Notes under the pieces: model-generated
Told to the model about the DNA's origin: nothing
Databases searched by the model: none
Seen by the model: the letters and a program-made list of their open reading frames with translations, nothing else
Made by a program: the position numbers and the translations under genes
Shown here: positions 38,101 through 48,832 of the stretch, piece after piece
How positions within the stretch are numbered: the stretch's first letter is position 1
Layout: each line of letters starts with the position of its first letter
From: Mytilus californianus
Taxonomy: Eukaryota
Length of the DNA stretch: 64,000 nt
Direction of reading: 5' to 3'
Assembly (NCBI RefSeq): GCF_021869535.1
Contig: NW_026262701.1
Span: 110,918,001-110,982,000 of the forward strand

Positions 38101-41100
38101 GAATTGTCTCACCTGCTTAACTGATTACTCTTTACACATTGGAGGTATACTTATTGATATTTTAATCTGGCAAAACTTGGTTTATGTTTGAATTGAAATT
38201 GCGCTATGAAGTAGCTTTCAGTATCTATAAGTGCACTTAGGTTGGTACTTTGTGCCATTTTTGTGCTTGTAAATGTGGATATATTTATCATAAAGATTTC
38301 TAATCTATCTATTTTATTTCTACTTGATGGTGAACCTATATAAGCGAGCTCCCTATTTTGGCACAACAAAATACATCTTAGATAATTCTATGCAACCAGT
38401 AAGAATGATAGTGAAGGACAGAAGTCCTTATTCTATATACCTCAGGAGAATCTTCATCCTCATTATCTGTGTCAGTCTGTTTAGTATCTTCTTTCTCTTC
38501 CTTGGCTTCACTTTCTTTTTCTTCCTTGGAGTCACTGGTATTATTTTTTGAGTCACTGGTTTTATTTTCTGAGTCACTGGTAATATTTTCAGAGTTACGT
38601 GTACTTAATGCTATCCATATAGCAACAGCCTGCATGATGGTTAAGGTATAATTTTTTTAAAGTTACAAGTCATATTTTCTAATGCCTATTTCATAATGTG
38701 CAATCTTTTTCTTAGCTGGGTTCCTCACAGAAATAAATTAAAATTGTAAGACCCTATTTTTCATTTATGTATTTAACATGCCAAAATGCGAACATGAAAC
38801 ATTTATAGAAGTCTTACCAATTTTGTGAAAAGACCGTCAAGCCTGCCATACGCACTGTACAAAATAAGTAAACAATGTGAATTTATCCTTAAAAAAACTA
38901 GATGTGCAGCCTTATTGCAAAAAGTCAGTCAATCAACTTGAATGAACTGCGAAATTTAATCTGTAATTCAGCACTATGCACTAATGTACAAAAATCAGCT
39001 CCAGATCTGCAGGCACTACATTATCTTTTAGTCATCATTATATACTTGTGAATCTAAAATCATATCAATGTCTGCAGGCGTAATAAAAAACACAAGCAAT
39101 GATGAAAGGAGGGATGTGGAGATTGCTCTTATGCCTGGTCACTTAACATTAGGGGGATAATAAGAAGGCTACACTGAATTCTTTCATATCAATGAGGATG
39201 CACAATTACATTACTATAATCTTACAAACTAAGAAAAGGATACTTTGATGAGACCAGCAGCACATATGAGACCAAATGGTGGCATATACAGTCCTATAGA
39301 GATGTATCTCTCCGTGGCTGGTAAAATGTAGAAGAAGAAAGATTGGTGAAACCTCTCCAATAAGTTGTTTAGACTCCTAAATATACCCTCTATAACTCTG
39401 TAAAATACAATAAATTAAAACTTTACATAAATAAACCCTCCATAGCGTCCTTAATATATTACATTATTTTTTATTCCTAAATACACTTTCTACAATTGCT
39501 TCAAAATATCTATTTCATTATGGTTTCAAACAAGTCATGATGACAATAATTTTAGTCAAAACATCCAACAAAACACAAAAAGGTTCAAGATGTTTGTTGG
39601 ACATTAACACAAATCACCAGCCATGTCCTGTACAATGTAAACATTTTTCTAGCAGTTTTGATGCTTTTTTGGGACAGAGCAAGTTGCAACCTAAGTGTTC
39701 TTCACAGTATTTTCAAATAGCAACAGGGATTTGAAATATCTCTGCTTCCCTAAAATTACAGCTCCACTTACACAATACATTCTATAATCAAATCTATTCA
39801 GATGGTACCATTGCAAAATTTGATACCATGGTGCTATAAAGACCTGGATAGATCACTGAACTCTAGCTTAAGTAAACATTATAATTTTTCTCTTATGAGA
39901 AGTCAGATCTGGACCTTTTATTCTCATAATATTGCCTGTAATCAGATATTCACCTTCCTGTTTTTGCCAAAGAAATGTGATGTCCTTTTCTCTTTGTGAT
40001 CCCCTCAATAGTAACAGCCTCAATGTGATATCTATGGAAGAGTCCATGATTTCCTGTAGGGACACCAGAAGCATGGGACCACATCATTTTCATCATGGTT
40101 TTCAGTGAGTGCTTGTATCCATCTACAGATTCAGCATCATAATAATCTTTCTGTTAAATCAAATAAAGAAATTAAAGATGTGTAAAAGCCTTTTCAAATT
40201 TTTTACTTTCTAAGAAGGAAAAGTTTCATTTATATATTACTCATAATTTTCCATAGCAGTCAGGATATCATTCCAATACTGACAAATAAACCTGAGGTTT
40301 TAGCTGCTGGTCTGATCAGATGTTGGTGGTTGATGTCGGGACTGATCAGATGTCGGGGGTTGATGTCGGGACTGATATGCTAAATGATGTGTCATAATCC
40401 CTTTATCATATAATCCCATCACAAAATGTTTTATAAGTTGTAACATGGACACATTTAGTTAGAAACTTTACTTTTTACTGAATATAGACTTTTAACCAGG
40501 CAAGTTCCATTAAAGAATCATTTAAGTGTTCAATTCTGAAGCTATATTTTTTTTGCCATGGTACTATAATACTTCAAGCATTTGAGTTACATTCTGTACT
40601 TCTGTGCTCAAGTTTGACATCTATACATTCCATATCCCAATAAAACCACATTGAAAACATTACTTTGTGTCTTCTGTCTTTTTGATAGTTGTTTTTTATA
40701 CTTTGTGTAGATCTGAGGCGGCAAGCCTTTTTCAACTGATTTTAACAGATTATACTTATGCAATTGTTGTGCTGTTACAACACTGTCCACAGTTAAGGGA
40801 GCGTTGACAGCATGAAACAGTCATGTTTAACCCAGCCACATTCTATATGTGCCTGTCCCAAGTCAGGAACCTGTAATTAAGTGGTTATCATTAGTCACTG
40901 CCTATCACTTATTTTTTGTTTATTGTTTTGTACATAAATCAGGTGATTGGTTTTCTTGTTTTAATAGTTTTGACATTTTGTCATGTTGAGGATTTTTATA
41001 GCTAACTTTACAGTATGGGTTTTGTTAATTGTTGAAAGCCATATTGTGACCTATAGTTACTGACATCTATGTTATTTGTTCTCTGGTTGATAGTTTTCTC

Positions 41101-44100
41101 ATTGCAATCATACCATATCTTCTTTATTTCATATTCTGTACGAATCATCGACACATAGCAACATTATAAGCTGGGTCTTATATAAGTCTGCATCAACTTG
41201 TTGCCACATCATTAGCAGTGCACAATATAAATATCTGTTCAGTGGTATATTTGTCATACTTGCTTGTGTATTGACACTTCCACTCTTTCCCTCTGACATA
41301 ATCTGACCACTAGGTTGACAAGATCAAGGTTAGGTAGTTGTCCATTTAATCCCTGTATCTTGATATCTAGATGCTTCAGGTTAGAATCTGGTATCTCTAG
41401 ATTTAAAGCTGCTTGTATAGATCCACTTCTACCCATTAGGTCTCCTGGGGATATGTCTGAAAGTAACAATCATGTTTACTGACCCAAATATTTTCTACAA
41501 CAAATAAACAAAGGCATTTTTCTGAGTTTCAGTTAGTTTTATTGTTTTACAAGAAAGTTAGACAATTAAAGAAGTGACATATCATCAAATCTAAAATATT
41601 GTTAATTTTGTAAATATTCTATATGTTATAATGTTTACATGTCTAATATACTGTATATATTTGTCTTCTGGTCTCCACATATTTTTTAATTTCATGAGCA
41701 AAACACTTCTGTTTATGATCAAAAACTAGAACTTTGAGTGAACTTGAAAAAGGATACCCCAATCCCATAAATTTGATTATCTTAAATTTAACATATTCTT
41801 TATGAACATCCTCAAGTATTGTTCTACAACTGTGTAAAGTTTCATCAATATCTGTCTACCTGTTAAGGAGAAGTTGCAATTACAAGGAAATTGGACAGAC
41901 AGACGGACAGTTAGATTCTTTGTATCTCCAAAAATTTTGTATGTGGGGGTAAAATAAAAGGTGAATACGTACTAATTTATGTATATATGTATGTATCTTT
42001 TTCAGATAAATATAAGAATAAGTCACTGTACACGGTAATTCTTCCAAATATTTGTCACAAAATTTATACTCAGAATCAAAATATTTCTGTATTTTTGTAT
42101 TTAAACATTCACCATTTATAACATAGACTACTATCAGAAGCTTTGAAACTGTCAAACTTACAATCAGAGCTGATGTCATGGTAACCATTTAGCCACGCTT
42201 GCATCCCAAATTGTTCATGATCAGTGGCAAGAAATATTATATCCTTGGCCCAATATGGTTTCTCTGAAAAAAATATCTGGGATGTTCAATGATTAAAACC
42301 TCATTACTGTAAATTCAGAAATTATTGCGTGCATTTATTATTGCGATTTTGTCATTTTAGACTAAAATGCGATTTTAATTTTTGCGTTATTGAGAAAAAT
42401 CCTGTTTAATTCATATAAAAAATTTCAAAATGCGAGTTTATATTATTGCGATTATAACCATGTCGCATTTTTCGCAATAATAAAAACATCGCAAAAATTT
42501 CTGAATTTACAGTATGTGGATATAAATATAACAGGAGATCAGGTGTAAATTTCAACAGATGTTTGTTTGCTATTACTCTAAATGTTGTTACTACACGTAT
42601 AAGCAATTGGTTTGGTTATAAAGAAAAGGGATCATAGACATAGTGTAGTTATTGTTCTTTTTCAGTAGTCAAGGTCATTAAACACCCCCTAGTAGAAGTT
42701 TATTTCATAAATATTATACTTTATCATATAGTTGAGCAATTTTGTCATTTTGGTTAATGTTTTATATGTGTATTTATTATATATAACAATTTCCTATAAG
42801 GCACCAAATAACGACTACAGCCAACTTATGGCAAATTTAAGCTAAACTTACGTCTGAAGTATTTTGCCAGGGCAAGCATTAACACCATACTACCAGTGGT
42901 TGAAGGCATATCCGACTCTTTTTGACGAAGGGGCATAGAGAGAACAATAGACTCTGTACTGCTGGCTCTCCTAGCTCTCAATATTCCATAGACATTCTGG
43001 CCTGGTACACTCTGCAGAAAAAATTCTACGTTTTTATTCTTGGAATCATCACTCAATGTTTCACATGCATTTCTTACTGTGTTAAAAACTCAGTACATGT
43101 ATATTAGTTTTTTTTACTATTATGTTGATTAAATTATTTATCAAAATGTATTTAATGGTGTAATTAAATATTCTTTTAAGGATTTAGTCTAGTTTCACTT
43201 ATGAAAGATGATTACCTACAATCAGTTAAAATTCAAATGAATAGTGCAACTAGTTTGGATGGACTATGTAACAATTTAAAAAAAAAAAAAATTTATAAAA
43301 GAAAAGAGTGAAATCTTTGGACTAAAAATGCCATATACATAAAAATTTGATAGAATAAACCTTCAAAGACAGCATAAGTTTCTAGGGTATAATGTGGTCA
43401 GTTAATTACAGTGAATAGTGCAACTAGTTTGGATGGACTATGTAACAATTTAAAAAAAAAAAAAATTTATAAAAGAAAAGAGTGAAATCTTTGGACTAAA
43501 AATGCCATATACATAAAAATTTGATAGAATAAACCTTCAAAGACAGCATAAGTTTCTAGGGTATAATGTGGTCAGTTAATTACAGTGCTTTATGTATATT
43601 ATTTGCAGATCTTATACAGACTTTGTTAAATTTATTCACAATTTTTCTAGACTGTGGGGATTCAGAGCTCGACTTATTGTTAAGACAGTTTGGCTATTGT
43701 TAAAATCTATGTGTCGACTCCTAATTATCATTTTTTGTGTGTCTCATTGAAGTTTAATGGACAACCTATTATTAATAATTACTAATTACTACATTAATCT
43801 GTAGAAAAAACTTTTGTGGAAAATACTGCTTCGCTTCGACACATTTTTTTCTCTCACTTTATAAGACTTTTTGTCATTGAAGGAAATCACATACTTCTAG
43901 AATTTAACAGTACAATGCACATATCTCAATATCAAAATGTATTGCAACAACTCAAACTAAGTTAATATCAAAATTCATAGTACTTTAACCATCAAGGTAA
44001 TATTGAATCTGTAGCCAAAGGTTAATTAATACTATACCTTTCCCCTAGTTAATTGTAATGGATACAGTATAGTGTAGTTCTGTATATAAGTATCTAAACC

Positions 44101-45440
44101 CAAAGCTATGAACTGGTCTGCAACCCATTTTCTAGGTACATTGCTGAAATAATATATTGATTAACAAATAAAGATAAAACATTTGACAAAAATAATATGC
44201 AATATTACATTGATTGCAGTGAATTTCAATGATTTCCCAGTGAAATAAAAACCGATAATTTCACTCCTCTGACGTCATACAGTAGGTGTTGTCAAGACTT
44301 TGTGGATGACGTTGCATCAAAACAAATTGTGAATGTGTAGAAAAAGATATAGTTCCTTGCATTTTCTACTTTATTTCCATTAAAAAACCCATTGTCAATG
44401 TAATAAAAAGAATAACTAAAGAATTCAAATATCGAAAAATATTCAACTCGTGACAGAACAACACTGATAATTAACTCATGCGCTACGTGCATTCGTGAAT
44501 TAATGTGTTATTCGGTCACTTGTTGAATATTTTTCTATATTTGAATTCTTCGATTAGTTATTCTAGAAAATAATTATTGAAAAAATTGATAATTTTTATT
44601 ATTCTTTTAACTGAAATATTATGGATTGTGTTTATATTTCTTTATTTAATCATTAATCTCGAATTTAATGTTCAACTATTTTATAGATTGGTAATGCAGT
44701 AACCAATCTCCCCATTATTTAAAAAATAGTTAGAAACATTTGCAAAATACATGATATAGAAATACGTATTCCAAATATAATATCTTACTTTTTTTCCTTT
44801 TGAAGCTGTTCATTGTACTCTTGTACCAGGGATTCCATATCCAACTCTGGGTAAAACTCATTTTCTACTAGACCTAAGTGATATATGAGTTACAAATCCA
44901 TAATTTAAAGTCTAAAATCTTGGGCACTTCTAAATTATTTCTCAGATTTAACTCAAAAGCTTTGTTACAATTATCATGTAGAAAATCTTTTTAAAGCAAT
45001 TCAGAAATCCTGTCAGATGTATATTATATACATGTATATTATAATTATTGCAAGGTTTTTATAAATGTGAATTTTGCGACTGGATAAGTATCGCAATAAT
45101 AAGAACTCACATTCTGAATTTGATACACATATTTGTATAAAGATTTTCCTGAAAGCGCAATAATTAATTTCACATTTTAGTCAAATTCTTTAAAAATCGC
45201 AATAATAAACATGATAAATGCATGCAACAATTTCTGAATTTAAAGTAATCAGTTCTAGGGATACCTACCTGGCAATAAAGCATTTTCAGAAAAGTAGGTA
45301 CGAGCATTGAGTGGTTGGTAAGCTAAAGCCAGAAACCATGTGACCCCAGCAATGTAACATAGAACAGATAGGTGGTTGTTATACTTAGATATCACATCTA
45401 ATATTTTCTGCCTTTTCTTTGGATCTGACAGAAGTCCCAT
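35165..45440 (-). CDS. GPAA1: GPI-anchor transamidase subunit GAA1 (666 aa, 12 coding exons)
   Basis: Exons 45440-45269, 44873-44789, 44143-44038, 43011-42852, 42263-42162, 41456-41260, 40150-39954, 39397-39244, 38629-38441, 37771-37575, 36474-36298, 35429-35165 sum to 2001 nt, in frame, all GT-AG. GAA1 motifs: [61 protein letters not shown], then several C-terminal TM segments. Confidence 0.96.
42305..42514. mobile_element. TA-flanked MITE (Tc1/mariner-pogo-like ends)
   Basis: TIRs TACTGTAAATTCAGAAATT / AATTTCTGAATTTACAGTA; an eroded relative at about 45042-45246 in GPAA1 intron 1. Confidence 0.8.
43238..43585. repeat. Perfect 174-bp tandem duplication in GPAA1 intron 3
   Basis: 43238-43411 equals 43412-43585, including an identical A14 run. 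Confidence 0.92.
44409..44564. repeat. Foldback palindrome with roughly 50-bp imperfect arms in GPAA1 intron 2
   Basis: AGAATAACTAA.AGAATTCAAATATCGAAAAATATTCAAC pairs with GTTGAATATTTTTCTATATTTGAATTCTT..TTAGTTATTCT. Confidence 0.8.
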
Positions 45441-45742
45441 TTTCCTGCCAAAAAAAAAAAATTTATGTGAAAAAACTTATATTGAAGAATAGTGCTAATT
45501 TATCAGAACATGTATGAGGGTAGAAATGCCCTTTAGCGTCAAGTGTGAAATGTCCGTTTAAGTCAAATGAGAATTAATTTTTTATCGTCATTTGTCAAAT
45601 CTCATTTTGAAGCTACTGTTAGCCTCAAATAGAGTAAAAGGTGTATCTTTAACATTATTTTAACAAATATTGTACCGTCATTCATCATGTGGGGTACCCT
45701 ATTCCTACCCTCATGTATGTATATATACATATATATATTTAA

Positions 45743-46445
45743 AGGGGCATTAGCTGTCAAATTCATGTTCACCGATTTGACTCAAATTCTCACATTTAAT
45801 TTATAACATACTAAAACGTATATCCAAATTATAAAAAGTCTAAAATAAACAATTTACGATGCATGGACTAGATAGTATGTATCAGCAGTTTGTGTGTATT
45901 TTAGTCTAGACGCCATCTAATTAACCATCAAGATTACCTCTGAAGACTGCCGACAATCATATAACCCGATATAAAACATAAATATAGATATAAATAGATA
46001 GCAAATATGTGCAATTGGACTTTTCTAGGTCTGTTTGATTTCATATTAAAGGTTAAAAAAATGTGTTAATCATCAATGCTACCCGGCGTACCTGTATAAT
46101 AATGAGTTTTTGTGGATTGAATCAGTCAACCAAATGGTTTACCCTTGTTTCACTTTCAATGTGGGCATTCTTTTCCTTTCAATAGATGAGCACACCTACT
46201 TTATGCATAACCCATCTCCAGCTAAGGGGTTTAATTGAAGGTTACATGAATACGGATTCAATGAGGTCGAATTATTCACTTGCAAGTGAATAATTCATCA
46301 GCTATGTTTCTTAGCTTATTTGGACAAAATTGAACCAAACTGGCTGCTAAAAGCAAATATTCATTTCACTAATTACCTTTCATTAATGATTGAACAAAAA
46401 AAAATCATATTTTATATTTTTTTATATCTCGCAGCTAATGCCCCT
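45743..46445. mobile_element. Kolobok-type MITE
   Basis: TIRs AGGGGCATTAGCTG / CAGCTAATGCCCCT flanked by TTAA on both sides (45739-45742, 46446-46449); RR termini plus TTAA TSD fit Kolobok. Confidence 0.75.
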
Positions 46446-47664
46446 TTAATCAACAGTATATATAAATAGAAAAATTTATGTCAGTCTGTTGCCTGGCATA
46501 AGAAATTTTGATATTCGTGTGTTGTAAATATACTTTAAGCTTTTATTGGTGGAGGATTGGAGAAAGAAATTTTTATACGGGCAGTCCCCAATAACAATAA
46601 GGAAATCAATAAAACGAAAAATCAACTAATATGTTTTTCTTTGTATCGATCTGATGAGTTAAGCCTTTTTCAACTGATTTTAATAGTTTGTTCTTATGTC
46701 GTGCTATTACACCACTGTCCCAGGTTAGGGGGAGGGTTGAGCACTCACAAACATGTTTAACCCCACCACATTCTTTATGTGCCTGTCCCAAGTCTGGAGC
46801 CTGTAGTTCAGTGGTTGTAGTTGTTTCATGTCCGTCATATTTGTTTTTCGTAAATTGTTTTGTTATAAATTAGGCCGTTTCTCAATTGAATTATTTCATA
46901 TTTTTCATGTCCCGACCATATGGTACCGGGTATGGATTTTTCTCATTGTTGAAGGCCGTACGGTTGCTTATAATTGCTTACATCCACTTCATTTAAACTT
47001 TGAAAGTTGAGGTTGCGCATTACCCTGTTCCTGTTCTATTGATGGACACTGTCAAGTCATACATTAAGAAAATCAATAAAATGAATAAAAAAAAACAAAT
47101 AATAATAAACTCAAAATTGTTAACTTTTTTTCAAACTTTTTTATTTTCCCACATTTGCTCAGAAATCTCTTTCTTTCATCCGGTCTCGTTTGACACAAGA
47201 CTTTGAGTAAAATATAGGAAGGAGCATCATAATGTTTCCCGCAAAGTTGTTGTTTTTGATTCCCGAAAGAATACAGCCAGTTAAACAATTAATATAAATT
47301 CCTTATATTACTTATTCAACAAACGATTTTTGTCAGAAAAAAAATGTGTTCTCTTGGGAAACTCACCCTCAGTCAGATTGCAGTATCTGATAAGAATAAC
47401 AAGCCAACTTGGTATTTTCGTTGTTTTAAAAATATTATAAAACATTACAATTTTTTTTTTTAACAATTCTTTGATATGAAAAAAAAAATTAACTGATGAT
47501 AGCGTTTCTTTGATTACATAGAGAATGATGTCACAACTAAAATCCATAACAACAGGACCAACATCGGAACGTTTCCGTATTTCCGTTTCTTTTTCAAGTT
47601 TCTGAGTTAAAATATGCTTGAATTCAAAAAATAATTTCCGCAGACAACTGCCTCGTATTATATA

Positions 47665-48154
47665 TGTAACACTCCCAAACGTGTCCATCCCCCCAAACGT
47701 GTCCATTTCCCCAAAACGTGTCTATTTCACCCAAACGTGTCCTCAAAATCCCAAATGGCCCCCAAACGTGTCCATTTCCCCAAAACGTGTCTATTTCACC
47801 CAAACGTGTCCTCAAAATCCCAAATGGCCCATATGTGTCCAATTTCACTTCCCCAAACGTGTCCGATAATTGTCATTCGCCAAAATGTGTCCACTTTAAA
47901 ACACCTGAACGTCTCAAAACTTTTAGCGCTAATATGTCCTCAATGAAGTCGATAACGTCTATGGCAATTCAATTCTCGGAGATACGATTTAAGATGTCGG
48001 GTTTCGATTATATCCTATAAAAATATTAAAGCTGCATTCAAAAGACATAAATGCTGAAGTATTTTGGCACAATTACTGGAAATTAACAAAGGAACAGAGT
48101 TTAAAGAAGAAAGTCCAAAACGTTTTGGGGATGGACACGTTTCTGAGTGTTACA
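47665..48154. mobile_element. TGT-ended MITE (Ginger-like ends) with subterminal CCAAACGTGTCC repeats
   Basis: About 35-bp TIRs TGTAACACTC..AAACGTGTCCATCCCC / GGGGATGGACACGTTT..GAGTGTTACA, TATA both sides; more than 10 AAACGTGT-type motifs in the left half, including a duplicated block of about 66 bp. Confidence 0.75.
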
Positions 48155-48779
48155 TATATAAATATGCTGTAATTTGTAAACAGGATATCGACTTATCGTC
48201 AAGTATTGTAAAGGTTTGCAGACTTTGTCACCCTTCACAGGTATTAACACCTGCCTCATATCATAATAGATTGTGAAATTCGTGCTGTATAAATTAATCA
48301 AGTTTTTAGTATATATGTCTCTGGTGGAGGATTAGGAATTTAATTACTCCCAACTTGTGGAGGTGTGCCTTTACTGGCACAACTAATGCCCAAGTAAGAC
48401 AGATTCAGGTGGCCAGTAGTGAGTACTGCCAGTAGGCTCGCTGCGCCAGGGTTCATGATGCAATTTTTGAAGGAATATCTTGTTCTACTGTTAGAAAAGA
48501 CGATAAAATAACAGTGAGAAAACTGTCAGTTGAAATAAATTTACAGTTTCATTTAATACCTATTGTCTATTGATTTTGTTTGGTTTAGCCGGGTTCTCTA
48601 TTTTTTCAGGTAAAAGCACTTAGAAGATCAAGATTTCGATTCAGTTTTTACCACAAGTTTTACAGACCATTAAAAAATATCAAAAAAAGAAAAGAAATTA
48701 CTATTATTCTTTATACCTGGATAAAGAAAACCATTCTCTCAACCTTATTCCAAAATATTTCGAATTGTTTTAAAATGTT

Positions 48780-48832
48780 AACTTCCGTTTCGAAGTCTTT
48801 AGACTAAGGTACAGACAAAGATGGCAGCGGTT
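48780..48832 (+). promoter_or_regulatory. Candidate CYC1 proximal elements: ETS/GABP-like ACTTCCG and YY1/TISU-like AAGATGGCAGC over the start codon
   Basis: ACTTCCG at 48781-48787; AAAGATGGCAGCGG spans the ATG at 48821. Motif match only. Confidence 0.35.

Noticed and set aside
47308-48020. Several overlapping 69-132-aa ORFs with repeated peptides
   Set aside because: Products of the AAACGTGTCC repeat array in a MITE; not genes.
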